Source: Syntrophorhabdaceae bacterium
GTDB lineage: Bacteria > Desulfobacterota > Syntrophorhabdia > Syntrophorhabdales > Syntrophorhabdaceae
DNA: 64,000 nt
Reading direction: 5' to 3'
Assembly: GCA_963666485.2 (NCBI GenBank)
Contig: CAXXUO010000001.1
Coordinates: 800,001-864,000, forward strand
Part shown: positions 41,600 to 51,837 of the stretch, one piece after another
Numbering within the stretch: the stretch's first letter is position 1
Layout: every line of letters starts with the position of its first letter
Translations under genes and position numbers: made by a program
Notes under the pieces: generated by a model
Databases searched by the model: none
What the model was told of the DNA's origin: nothing
What the model saw: the letters and a program-made list of their open reading frames with translations, nothing else

Positions 41600-44500
41600 T
41601 TGGTGATACCGGAAATTGACAACACATCGATAACTCCCAAAAAAACAAAGATCCTCATCGTTGAAGACGAGGCCATTATAGCTTCTGCGCAGAAGAAGGT
41701 GCTCAAGAAATACGGGTACTCGGTTACTGCCGTCCACTCCGGAAAGAAGGCCGTCAAAAGGGTCCGATCTACGCCGGACATTGACATCATCCTTATGGAT
41801 ATCAACCTCGGCCGCGGGAGGATGGACGGGATCGAAGCGGCAGAGGCTATCCTCGAAGACCACGACATCCCTATCCTTTTTCTGTCGAGCTACGCCCAGC
41901 CCGAAATGATCGAGAGGACCGAAAAGGTTGCATCCTACGGTTACATCGTTAAGGACTCGGGCGAGACCGCCCTCGATGCCTCGATCAGGATGACGTTAAA
42001 ATTGCATGAGGCGCACCGGAAGATTAAACAGACCGAGCGGTCCTTGTCCCGTACGAACGAGCGCCTTGAACTGGCTCAAAAGATGGCCGGGATAGGAATC
42101 TGGGACTGGGACATCGTGACCGGCTCCGCCGAGGTGACGCCCGAGATGTTCCGCCTTTTTGGTCAGGACCCGGGCAACTCAAACGTTTCCCTCGATCTAT
42201 GGCGGAGCGTCCTTCACCCCGAGGACCGACAGGGGGCAGAATCCCGGGTAGAGGGCGCGCTGAAGGAACACACGTTAATGTCAAATGAATACCGCATCAT
42301 CCGCCCGGACGGCGAGATTCGCTGGATCAGCGCCCTGGGTCGCGGTATTTATAACGATGCGGGCAACCCGGTTCGAATGGTCGGCACGTGCATCGATATA
42401 ACTGAGCGTAAACTGGCGGAGGAAACAGTTCATGAAAGCGAGAAGAACTGGCGCAGTCTTGTCGAGGTTTTCCCTGAATGTATTCTGGTGCACGGGAAAG
42501 GGGTCATTCACTATGTAAATCCTGCCGGTGCTCATCTTCTCGGGTGCGACTCTCCCGACGATGTTATAGGCCGCTCAATATGGGATATTATACCAAAGGA
42601 CCGGCTGGCAGCGGCAAAAGCCCGCGTCCGCTCCGATGAGGCGAGCGGAATGACGACACCACCCATGGAGTATGAATTTGTTCGCTTCGATGGCAGTACC
42701 TTCATGGGCGAGATACGGGGCACGCCGATCCTCTATGGCGGCAGGCAATGCGTTCAGGTCATCCTCCGTGATATCACAGAACGCAAAAAAGCAGAAGAAA
42801 AATTACAGGAGAGCGAGAAAAGGTACCGCCAACTCGTTGAAAACACGACTGCCATTATCCTCCGCATAGATCTTGAAGGCCGGATTACATTCATCAACGA
42901 TCATGCCCAGACATTTTTTGGGTACCCGGCTGATGAAATCCTCGGACAGCCCGCTGTGGGGACGATCATTCCGGAAAGAGAATCCACGGGACGAGATCTT
43001 GCAGGCATGGTTGAAAAGATCGTTGCCGAGCCGGACCGCTATCATACTAATACTAATGAGAACATAAAGAAGTCGGGTGAACGCGCCTGGCTCGAATGGA
43101 CCAACAGCGGCATTTATGACAAGAAGGGAAAACTCCTGGAATTCCTTGCTGTCGGGATTGATGTAACCGAACGCAGGCAGGTGGAGCAGGCGCTACGTGA
43201 GAGCGAAGCGCGGCTGCGAGCGGTGCTGGACAATAGTCCCGATGCCATATTCCTGAAGGACCGCGACAGTCGACTACTGCTGGCCAACCCGGCGACATTC
43301 GCCATCATCGGCAAGCCACCGGAGGCCTGCCTCGGCAAGACGGACGAGGAGTCCTATGATGACCCGGCCACGGGCCGCGCCATTATGGAGAACGACAGGC
43401 GCATCATCGAATCGGGCCGCATGGAAACTGTGGAGGAAACGGTGTTTTTGCCCGAAGGCAACCGCATCTATCTCTCCACGAAGGCTCCTTTCCGTGACGA
43501 GTACGGCAACATCGTCGGCATCATCGGGCTCGCCCGGGACATTACCGAGCAAAAACTGATGATGGAGGAGCTACGCCAAAGCGAAGAAAATTTGAGTCAA
43601 GCTCAGAAAATTGGACACATTGGCGTCTGGCAATGGGACACACTTGATGACGAAGTGCAATGGACATCCGAGCTTGAAAGAATCTATGGGCTAACATCGG
43701 GGAGCGTTCAGAATAACCAGGATTTTGAAAAACATGTTCACCCGGATGATATCAAAATGATAGAACAGCAACGGGACGAGGCAGTGACCCAACACAAAAC
43801 ATTCGACTTCGAGTTTCGCATTATACGGCCCGATGGAGAAACGAGATGGGTGCATTGCCGGGGCGGGGCGAATTACGCTACAGATGGAAAACCAATTCGA
43901 GTATTCGGGCTCAATATGGACATTACCGACCGGAAGAGGGCCGAAGAGGAATTGCGAAAATCCAGGGATGAGCTTGAGCTTAGAGTGCAAGAGCGCACGG
44001 CCGAATTGGTTTCAGCCTACGACACACTTAAGAAGGAAACTGAGGAACGCTGGAAAATTGAGGAAGAACTACGCCAGGCTCATAAAATGGAAGCAATCGG
44101 CACCCTCGCCGGAGGCATTGCCCACGACTTCAATAACATGCTCGCCGCCATTATCGGATTTACCGAAATGGTCATCGAGGACGTACCCGATCTTCCTCTC
44201 GTCGAGAGGAACCTGAAGAACATCATGACATCAGCCATACGGGGGCGGGACCTGGTCAAACAGATTCTCGCGTTCTCGAGGAAGACGAGTTCTGAGAGGG
44301 GACCTATCAAGCTCTCGCCCGTCGTAGAGGAGACAGTCAGGCTCCTTCGGTCCTCGATTCCCGCCACGATTGACGTATCACTCTCGGTAAACGCCACCCC
44401 CGGCACAGTCATCGCCTCGCCTGTCGAGGTCCAGCAGATCATTATGAATCTCGCTACCAACGCCCTGCTTGCCATGGAGAACCGAAAGGGCTCCCTTGCG

Positions 44501-45199
44501 ATCACTCTTACGAATACCGACTTCGAGCCCGACGCCGCGACCCTCGATCGAGCATCCCGGGAGTACCTCCAGATCACAGTGAGAGACACCGGCATGGGTA
44601 TGCCGCCCGGCGTCATGAAGAGAGTCTTCGAACCCTTCTTCACGACCCGCCAGGCGGGAAAGGGGTCCGGCATGGGCCTCGCGATGGTCTACGGGATTGT
44701 GAAAGATCTAGGCGGCATGATCACCGTCGAGAGTACACCGGGGAGAGGTTCCACATTCAGGGTCCTTCTGCCCAAGGCGAATAGGGAGATCGAAGAAAAA
44801 ATAGAGCAAGCCTTGCAACCCGGGGATAATGAACGGGTGCTGTTTGTCGATGATGAAAAACTGCTTTGCGAATCGGGCAAAGAGTCTCTCGAGAGACTTG
44901 GTTACGTGGTCACCGTGGCGGGTACGGGTGCGAAAGCCTTGAAGCTTTTTTCCGCCGACCCCTCCCTGTTCGACCTCGTCATCACCGATCACGCCATGCC
45001 CCGGATGTCCGGGTCCGACCTCTGCGTCAAGCTCCTTCGCATCAGGCACGATATCCCCATCATCCTGTGCACCGGCCACAGTGAAACGATAACTCCGGAG
45101 ATAGCCCAACAAATAGGCATCCGGGAATTTCTGATGAAACCACTCACCCGTCAGGAATTAGCAGCGGCAATCCGCAGGGTACTTGGCACCGGGGAATAG
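41600..45199 (+). CDS. Hybrid sensor histidine kinase (REC, ~5 PAS, HisKA, HATPase, REC)
   Basis: N-terminal ILIVEDE/LMDINL receiver, repeated PAS/PAC, H-box AHDFNN, GSGMGL, C-terminal receiver. Confidence 0.92.
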   Translation: MVIPEIDNTSITPKKTKILIVEDEAIIASAQKKVLKKYGYSVTAVHSGKKAVKRVRSTPDIDIILMDINLGRGRMDGIEAAEAILEDHDIPILFLSSYAQPEMIERTEKVASYGYIVKDSGETALDASIRMTLKLHEAHRKIKQTERSLSRTNERLELAQKMAGIGIWDWDIVTGSAEVTPEMFRLFGQDPGNSNVSLDLWRSVLHPEDRQGAESRVEGALKEHTLMSNEYRIIRPDGEIRWISALGRGIYNDAGNPVRMVGTCIDITERKLAEETVHESEKNWRSLVEVFPECILVHGKGVIHYVNPAGAHLLGCDSPDDVIGRSIWDIIPKDRLAAAKARVRSDEASGMTTPPMEYEFVRFDGSTFMGEIRGTPILYGGRQCVQVILRDITERKKAEEKLQESEKRYRQLVENTTAIILRIDLEGRITFINDHAQTFFGYPADEILGQPAVGTIIPERESTGRDLAGMVEKIVAEPDRYHTNTNENIKKSGERAWLEWTNSGIYDKKGKLLEFLAVGIDVTERRQVEQALRESEARLRAVLDNSPDAIFLKDRDSRLLLANPATFAIIGKPPEACLGKTDEESYDDPATGRAIMENDRRIIESGRMETVEETVFLPEGNRIYLSTKAPFRDEYGNIVGIIGLARDITEQKLMMEELRQSEENLSQAQKIGHIGVWQWDTLDDEVQWTSELERIYGLTSGSVQNNQDFEKHVHPDDIKMIEQQRDEAVTQHKTFDFEFRIIRPDGETRWVHCRGGANYATDGKPIRVFGLNMDITDRKRAEEELRKSRDELELRVQERTAELVSAYDTLKKETEERWKIEEELRQAHKMEAIGTLAGGIAHDFNNMLAAIIGFTEMVIEDVPDLPLVERNLKNIMTSAIRGRDLVKQILAFSRKTSSERGPIKLSPVVEETVRLLRSSIPATIDVSLSVNATPGTVIASPVEVQQIIMNLATNALLAMENRKGSLAITLTNTDFEPDAATLDRASREYLQITVRDTGMGMPPGVMKRVFEPFFTTRQAGKGSGMGLAMVYGIVKDLGGMITVESTPGRGSTFRVLLPKANREIEEKIEQALQPGDNERVLFVDDEKLLCESGKESLERLGYVVTVAGTGAKALKLFSADPSLFDLVITDHAMPRMSGSDLCVKLLRIRHDIPIILCTGHSETITPEIAQQIGIREFLMKPLTRQELAAAIRRVLGTGE

Positions 45200-45424
45200 A
45201 CTGGTATGGTGCCGACGGTGCTTCCCTTTAATCTTGTCATTTGCTCACCTGCAACTCCACAAACTTAATAGTCCATCCTCCCCGGCCGATAATAAGCGTG
45301 ACATCTGTCCACGGGATCAGACGTCAACGCCCCTGCCATCGAGCAGAAGGGCATCCACCGAAGACGGTGCCAAATGGTGGTGGGGCGTGTAAAACCCGGG
45401 ATTCGTTATGAGAGGAGACGATAT

Positions 45425-47134
45425 ATGAAATCACGCAACATTTTGTTGAAGCTTGGTATCACAGGCGGTTTAAGTGTTCTGCTGATGCTGGTCCTCGGAT
45501 GGACGAACGTCCTTCTTGCCGCGGGGCCGGCGCCCGGGCAGCCGACCTATCCCGTGAGCACTCCTGTTCGCACCACTCTCGACGGCACCGTCACTGCCGT
45601 TCCCCTTGCCCCGAACACGCAGAAAGTGCCCCCGAATGACGTCGCGTCCTACTCCACGTATGGCTACGGCGCATGGCAGATGGGGCAGGGCCTTCGCTAT
45701 GACAGGAGGCTCGATCTCATGCCGGCCGCATACAAAGGCGTGCGGGCCGGAAAGGGTTCGTTGCTTCTTCGCTACTTCGCCATGTCGGACGTACACATAA
45801 CGGACGTACAGTCCCCGGCCCAGGCCATTTACTTCGGCCTGAAGCCAATACCGGGCATGCAGGCCGCGTATTCGGCCGTTATCCCGTATACCACCCACGT
45901 CCTCGATGCGGCGGTCCAGACGGTGAACGCCCTTCACAAGAAACAGGCCTTTGACTTCGGCATATTCCTCGGTGATGCCATCAACAACGGCCACAACATC
46001 GAGCTCAGATGGTACATCGACGTCATCGACGGCCGGCCCGTCAACCCGAATTCAAATCCCAAATCCGCCTCAACCGTTGACTATACCCGGCCCTACAAGG
46101 CGGCGGGGCTCGATGCGTCGATCCCGTGGTACCAGGTCCTCGGCAACCATGACCATTTTTGGGGTGGTATGTACCCGCCCAACGAGCGGATCAAACAGGC
46201 CATAGTGAGCGGGAACGTGCTCAACGTAGGAAATGTCCTCACGGACCCGAACCTCGATCACCGCGGTTTCTACATGGGTGTCATCGACAGCTCCACTGAT
46301 TTTCAGAAGGTGATATTCGCCGGGCCCGAGGCCGGCTTTTCAACTCCCCCCACGATAGCCGCCAACCCCGACCGCCGGTGGCTTGGACGAAAGGATTGGC
46401 TGGCCAGCTTCTTCAATACCACGTCCCGTCCCGTGGGACACGGGTTTCCTCAGGATAGCGTCAAGACAGGATTTGCCTGCTACACCTTCGAACCGAAAGC
46501 GGGCCTTCCTCTCAGGATCATTGTCCTCGACGACACGGAAAAGGATGACGGCACGTTCGGAAAGAACGCCAACGGCGCCTCGGGGTCCCTCGATCAGGAA
46601 CGTTATGACTGGCTGGTGAAAGAACTCGACAGGGGCCAGTCCGACGGCATGCTCATGATCGTCGCGGCCCACGTGCCCATCGGGGTTGACAAGAACCTGT
46701 GGGACACAGCGTCGTCTCCCCCGGAGAATACGCTGATCGACAAGCTCCGCACCTATTCGAACCTCATACTGTGGATCGCGGGGCATCGCCACTACAACAC
46801 GGTCACCGCGTTTCCGCCGAAAGACCCCGTTAATCACCCCGAACTGGGGTTCTGGGAAGTGGAGACATCGTCACTGAGGGACTTCCCCCAGCAATTTCGC
46901 CTTTTCGAGATAGTTCGCAACAGCGACAACACGATTTCCATCTTTGCCACCAACGTCGACCCGTCCGTGACGCCGGGGAGCCCGGCTGCGCGGTCCCGTT
47001 CGTACGCAGTGGCGGCCGATGAGATATTCACCGGAGGCCCCCCGCTGCCCTACCTGCCGAGCGGTGCCTACAACGCGGAACTCGTGAAACAATTGAGTCC
47101 CGAGATGGCGGCAAAGATCGCAACCGTGCCGTAG
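45425..47134 (+). CDS. Exported calcineurin-like metallophosphoesterase (TIGR03768-like)
   Basis: Motifs SDVH, GDAINN, GNHDH and AGHRH, plus SSLRDFPQQFR; signal peptide. Confidence 0.82.
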   Translation: MKSRNILLKLGITGGLSVLLMLVLGWTNVLLAAGPAPGQPTYPVSTPVRTTLDGTVTAVPLAPNTQKVPPNDVASYSTYGYGAWQMGQGLRYDRRLDLMPAAYKGVRAGKGSLLLRYFAMSDVHITDVQSPAQAIYFGLKPIPGMQAAYSAVIPYTTHVLDAAVQTVNALHKKQAFDFGIFLGDAINNGHNIELRWYIDVIDGRPVNPNSNPKSASTVDYTRPYKAAGLDASIPWYQVLGNHDHFWGGMYPPNERIKQAIVSGNVLNVGNVLTDPNLDHRGFYMGVIDSSTDFQKVIFAGPEAGFSTPPTIAANPDRRWLGRKDWLASFFNTTSRPVGHGFPQDSVKTGFACYTFEPKAGLPLRIIVLDDTEKDDGTFGKNANGASGSLDQERYDWLVKELDRGQSDGMLMIVAAHVPIGVDKNLWDTASSPPENTLIDKLRTYSNLILWIAGHRHYNTVTAFPPKDPVNHPELGFWEVETSSLRDFPQQFRLFEIVRNSDNTISIFATNVDPSVTPGSPAARSRSYAVAADEIFTGGPPLPYLPSGAYNAELVKQLSPEMAAKIATVP

Positions 47135-47215
47135 AGGGGTGTCCCGTTGGGCCGGTGCGCAAACGGTGAAATTGAGCCAGTCCGGCCGTCAAAATAAAAT
47201 AGGGGAGCTTGCACA

Positions 47216-48289
47216 TTGAAAAAACAGATTGCTGCCGCCGTGCTTTTTACGCTTTTTCTCTGTCTGACTTTTGCAGGATTCACAGGCGTTTGTTCGGGTG
47301 GTGCAGCCGCTCGCGCCGTTGTTTCGGATATCGATTATTCGAATTCCAAGAACTGGCTGGCGCTGCCCTCTTCTGCCGATAAAGCGGTCGATGTCTTCTA
47401 CGTTTACCCCACCGGATACGTCGCGGGCCCGAACGGTCCTGTTATCGGTACGATCGACGACGCGAACATGGTTGCAGGCGCACAAGAAGCCCTCGGCGAT
47501 CAAGCGACCGCCTTTGCGGCCACAGGGAATATTTACGCGCCTTACTACAGGCAGGCAGACGCCAGCTATGCGTTGAGCCTGCCGACTATTGACGCTGTGT
47601 ACACTGTCGTTGGAGGCATCCCGGGAGCCGACGTGACCGCGGCATTCGACTACTATATCCGCAATTATAACCGCGGCCGTCCTTTTATACTGGCGGGTCA
47701 TTCCCAGGGTTCGGTGGCGGTAGCACTGCTGTTGAAAAACTATATGAGAGACAATCCCCCGGTATATGCCCGGATGATCGCCGCATACGCGATCGGATGG
47801 TCCTTCACGCAGGATTTCTTCGATCAAAACCCGCATGTGAAGTTTGCGCTCGGCCCCGACGATACGGGGGTCGTCATTTCGTACAACACGCAGGGGCCTA
47901 AGTTCGCGGGAAAAAATCCCGTCGTCTTTCCCGGGGCCATGGCAATCAACCCGATCACGTGGACGAGGACACAAAGCCCGGCAGCGGCCGGCCAGAACCT
48001 CGGGTCTTTGCTCCTGAAACCGGGCGGGGAGGTCGTGCTCCCGGCTAAGCCAAGCGTCATGAACTTCGCCGACGCCGAGGTCACCCCGATCAACCCGGCT
48101 ACCAGTCAGATCGACCCCTCCTCGACGACGAGCGTGGTGCTTTGCCGTACGGTCGACCCGGCAGCATTCCAGACAAATTCTGTCTTCACCGCAGGCGTCT
48201 ATCACATCTATGACTACGCGCTCTATTACAACAACATCGCGGCAAACGCCGCCAACCGGGTCCAGAGATTTCTGAACGTCGGACGCTAA
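47216..48289 (+). CDS. Exported alpha/beta hydrolase (DUF3089-like)
   Basis: Motifs DVFYVYPT, YAPYYRQA, ILAGHSQGS, INPITW and YHIYDY; TTG start and signal peptide. Confidence 0.82.
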   Translation: MKKQIAAAVLFTLFLCLTFAGFTGVCSGGAAARAVVSDIDYSNSKNWLALPSSADKAVDVFYVYPTGYVAGPNGPVIGTIDDANMVAGAQEALGDQATAFAATGNIYAPYYRQADASYALSLPTIDAVYTVVGGIPGADVTAAFDYYIRNYNRGRPFILAGHSQGSVAVALLLKNYMRDNPPVYARMIAAYAIGWSFTQDFFDQNPHVKFALGPDDTGVVISYNTQGPKFAGKNPVVFPGAMAINPITWTRTQSPAAAGQNLGSLLLKPGGEVVLPAKPSVMNFADAEVTPINPATSQIDPSSTTSVVLCRTVDPAAFQTNSVFTAGVYHIYDYALYYNNIAANAANRVQRFLNVGR

Positions 48290-48402
48290 GGTGTTGTCTC
48301 GGGATGCCGGGGCCGGGCCTTGCATTCATACATTTTCCGGATGAAAGGTTGTACACCATACCGGGACAGTTTAAAAAATCACCAGCCATCAAAATATTGT
48401 AT

Positions 48403-48419
48403 TGCAAGACCTGACCCCA
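48403..48419 (+). repeat. REP-like motif, left copy of an inverted pair
   Basis: TGCAAGACCTGACCCCA; its reverse complement matches 59700-59716 at 16/17. Confidence 0.55.
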
Positions 48420-48556
48420 CGATTAGGATTGAGAGAATGGCGACGATAATGATACACTGCACGGACAGGATCACGGGGTTTAACCGGCATCACCGTTGAT
48501 CGATCCCTGGCACCGATAATCAGGGGTATAATTTTTTCGACCCGAGGGGGGAATCC

Positions 48557-49492
48557 ATGAACAAGATAAAAAACAAGACGCTGCTGGGTGCGCTGATTGC
48601 AGGTATCCTTCTTCTTTCCTGGGGATATGCGTTATCTGCGGATGTCCCGGGACCGCAGGCTCCTCCCGGGGAGGCGGCACCCGTTACAGCAGCCCCCAAG
48701 GACGCCGCAGCGCCCACCACGCCGGCGACGGACCCCGCAAAGCCCGATCCTGCAAAGCCGGCCGTTGAGAGCAAGCGCCTGGCGGGTTATAAGTATTCCG
48801 GCTTCCTGAGCGACTATACCAAGCTTGCGCCCGCGCCCGACAGCAGCGAGGCGATGAGCTGGCGTAAACCCGGGTTTGATTTCAAGGCCTACGACAAGAT
48901 CCTTATTGAACGGCTCACCTTTTTTTATCATGACCAGGCCGAGTACAAGGGCATAGATCCCACCGAACTGAAGGCTCTCGCCGATTATTTCGCGGAATCC
49001 ATAACCAAGCAGGTCGGGAAGAGCTACCCGATCGTGAAGGAGCCCGGGCCGGGGGTATTGAGAATACGGGCCGCCTTGACGGACATCATACCCAACAAGC
49101 CTTCGGTCAGCGTCGTGACGCTTGTCGTTCCCTATCTTACGTTTGCGGACCTCGGTACGAGCGCCGTAGCCAAAGGCGGACCGGGAAGCAATTTTTACGT
49201 CGGCCGCACATCGATCGAGGCGGAATTCCTCGATGGTGCAACGAATGAGCAGGTCGCGGCCTTTGTCGACCGTTATTACCCGAAAAAATATGACGTGGAC
49301 CTGAAGAAAGGGCCGGGCGGTGCAATAGTCCATGGTTTTGGCCAGTACTTCAAGGCCTATACGACGTGGTCCTACACGAAGGATGCTTTCGATTACTGGG
49401 CCGAGAGATTGCGGCAAAAACTTGACGAGGCGCACGGAAAGAAGGCCCCGGAAACAAAGAGAGAGATAGATGTAGCGCCTCAACAAAACTGA
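48557..49492 (+). CDS. Exported DUF3313-like protein
   Basis: Signal peptide, Pro/Ala-rich linker, YSGFLSDY, GVLRIRAALTD and AFDYWAERLR. Confidence 0.75.
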   Translation: MNKIKNKTLLGALIAGILLLSWGYALSADVPGPQAPPGEAAPVTAAPKDAAAPTTPATDPAKPDPAKPAVESKRLAGYKYSGFLSDYTKLAPAPDSSEAMSWRKPGFDFKAYDKILIERLTFFYHDQAEYKGIDPTELKALADYFAESITKQVGKSYPIVKEPGPGVLRIRAALTDIIPNKPSVSVVTLVVPYLTFADLGTSAVAKGGPGSNFYVGRTSIEAEFLDGATNEQVAAFVDRYYPKKYDVDLKKGPGGAIVHGFGQYFKAYTTWSYTKDAFDYWAERLRQKLDEAHGKKAPETKREIDVAPQQN

Positions 49493-49887
49493 GGCAATGT
49501 ACCTCCTCCAGCGTGCAGGCCGGGACCGGAGAGTGCCGGTGCATTTCTGCCCCCGGCCCGCACGCCGCTGATAGATATCTTTTCGCTTCTTACGCACCCT
49601 GAGACCGATCAAGAAACAGAAAAGTTTGCTCTGCACCTGCACGGACAGCCGCGGTGACCGGAGAAAAAGAGGATTGTATTTCCCGGTGCCGGTGATACAA
49701 TGCTTTAGGATACGTTTCTGTGCTCTGCAGGCATCCGGTTCTTATCAACAGCAGAATTCTTACAAAACGGGAACAAGACGGGCCCCGGCACACACTCAAC
49801 AGAAGGGGCGGGGACGCCGGGTGAGAAAAACAGGGCCGCTGTTATAACGATCAACACGTTTCTCTATAACTATGAGGGAGGGTCCCC

Positions 49888-51009
49888 ATGAGGAACAGGA
49901 TCTTTGTTGTAATGTTCTGCGCCGTCCTTATCTTGGTATTCACGGTTTCCTCCGACTGCTTCGCCCAGGCACGCAAGGCCAAGCCGGGGCCCGCGGCGGA
50001 CGACTTCCCGTCGAACAGGGACCTCGAGATGCGCAACACCGCGCTCCTGATGGAAGGTTTTATGTTCACCGGGGGGATGAGGCTGAACCAGAAGAATGAG
50101 CCCAACTGCGCCGGCCTCGAGATCGCCCCGGCCAAATGGAACGGAAGCGGCTTTGTCGTCAGGAACGACGGGACGATCGTGACAAATTATCACGTCGCAT
50201 CGAAGGCCCTGAAGGGGACGGCGAAGTTTCCCGACGGTTCTGCATACGAGATCGCCAACATCAAGGTCTATAACGCGGACGAAGACATTGCCGTCATGAA
50301 GATCTCCGGGCAGAGGCAGTTTCCCTCCGCGGCCCTCGGCGACTCCGACAGGATCGAGGCGCGGGACAGGGTCATGGCGGTCGGGAACCCGCTGGGGATG
50401 GGCATCAACATCACCGAGGGGCAGGTCAGCCAGGTGGTCAAGGATGGCAGATCGAGCGCCCAGGTCATAAGGCACACGGCCCAGATAGCTCCCGGCAACA
50501 GCGGCGGTGCGCTCTACAGGGGTGCCCAGGTCATCGGCGTCAACGCCTCGGTGGCCCTTGCCCACGGACAGCTCACGGGGTTCAACAACGCCATACCCAT
50601 CAACAAGGTCAAGACCCTCCTTTCCAACCCCAAGTATGACCGGGTAATACCGTTGTCCAAGGCGTTCCCCGTGAAGGCCGAGGAGATGCTTCAGATCTCG
50701 AAGGAGATCAAGGCGGTCAACGGGCAGGTGCCGGCGGCGGCCGGCAATAAGCCGGGCACCACTGTCTACGTGGTCGAACTCTTCCAGCTGGAGGACATCA
50801 TGCTTATCCTCACCTCGCCGGGACGTGACCTTGCGCTTTCGGTCATAGATGCCCAGGGCAAGCTGGTCGCGTGCGGGGACGAGCGCTCCGTGGGCGCGGA
50901 CGCCCTCATCTTCTCCAATGATTTCCCCCGGCAGGTTGGCGTCATCGTTGTCAATTACGACCCAAAACCGGCCAACTTCGGCCTGAACATCAGGAAGATA
51001 ATATGGTAA
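49888..51009 (+). CDS. Exported trypsin-like serine protease (S1C-like, no PDZ) with C-terminal PPC-like domain
   Basis: Motifs GSGF, TNYHV (His), DIAV (Asp) and PGNSGG (Ser); signal peptide; ~110 aa beta-rich C-terminus. Confidence 0.88.
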   Translation: MRNRIFVVMFCAVLILVFTVSSDCFAQARKAKPGPAADDFPSNRDLEMRNTALLMEGFMFTGGMRLNQKNEPNCAGLEIAPAKWNGSGFVVRNDGTIVTNYHVASKALKGTAKFPDGSAYEIANIKVYNADEDIAVMKISGQRQFPSAALGDSDRIEARDRVMAVGNPLGMGINITEGQVSQVVKDGRSSAQVIRHTAQIAPGNSGGALYRGAQVIGVNASVALAHGQLTGFNNAIPINKVKTLLSNPKYDRVIPLSKAFPVKAEEMLQISKEIKAVNGQVPAAAGNKPGTTVYVVELFQLEDIMLILTSPGRDLALSVIDAQGKLVACGDERSVGADALIFSNDFPRQVGVIVVNYDPKPANFGLNIRKIIW

Positions 51010-51026
51010 ACAAAGGAGGTCATATC

Positions 51027-51803
51027 ATGAGCATACATTCCCCGAAGATAGTCCTCTTGAGCGCGCTCGTCCTGGCGGCGCTTTTCCTTATGGCCCCGCC
51101 CGGTTTCTCCCAGGGGCAACGCCCCGCCGGTTATAGCCCGGGGGCGATGCCGGGCTCGGGCGATTTCGATTCCACCCGTTTCCAGTCGGCGATCGGGACC
51201 GACGGGGCCCTCGGCGTCCTGGCAAAGCAGAATTCCGTGATCGGCGACCCCAACGCCGCGTTCGGTTTCGCCGAAAAATCTGACGAGGCAAAGTTCATGA
51301 TCATCGGTGCCTTGTACTCGGAGGCGATAGCCTATTTGAAAGGCGGCCAGTATGACGCCTGCGCAAAGAGGCTCGGATCGATCGAAAAAGAGTTCATCAA
51401 CCTCCAGGTGCCCCCTTCCCTTTACAATTACGTGAGCAAGACGAGGAACCTCGTGGAACTGAAGAAGCTCGACACGGCGACCCTTCTCGATTTCCTGTCC
51501 CTCTTCCAGCCATTTTTCGAAGACTACGCGAAGGGCCAGAACCCCGACAAGCTCACCCTCTTCAGAACGGGGACGTGGCTCGTCGACCTCGGCCTTGCCG
51601 CCTCCGCCGGGAACAAGGCGCTCCTGAAACAGACGGAAAGGATCGAATACTTTGTCAAGGAGATGAAAAGGATGGACGCGCCGAAGGGCGTCATCGAATC
51701 CCTGGAGACGATCCGCCAGATATCCCTGAAGAACGACATCACCGACAGGGATACCGATACGGTCGTGAAGATGGTCAAGAAGATACAGACCACGCTCGGG
51801 TAG
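51027..51803 (+). CDS. Exported alpha-helical hypothetical protein
   Basis: RBS GGAGGT, signal peptide, host-like codon usage, tightly spaced between protease genes; no recognisable family. Confidence 0.8.
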   Translation: MSIHSPKIVLLSALVLAALFLMAPPGFSQGQRPAGYSPGAMPGSGDFDSTRFQSAIGTDGALGVLAKQNSVIGDPNAAFGFAEKSDEAKFMIIGALYSEAIAYLKGGQYDACAKRLGSIEKEFINLQVPPSLYNYVSKTRNLVELKKLDTATLLDFLSLFQPFFEDYAKGQNPDKLTLFRTGTWLVDLGLAASAGNKALLKQTERIEYFVKEMKRMDAPKGVIESLETIRQISLKNDITDRDTDTVVKMVKKIQTTLG

Positions 51804-51837
51804 ACTTTGCAGCAGGTAAAAGAACGGCGGGTGTAGA

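Noticed and set aside
47135..47215. Possible structured RNA or riboswitch between the phosphoesterase and hydrolase genes
   Set aside because: Some pairing potential (GGCCGG/CCGGCC), but no match to any aptamer consensus I can recognise.
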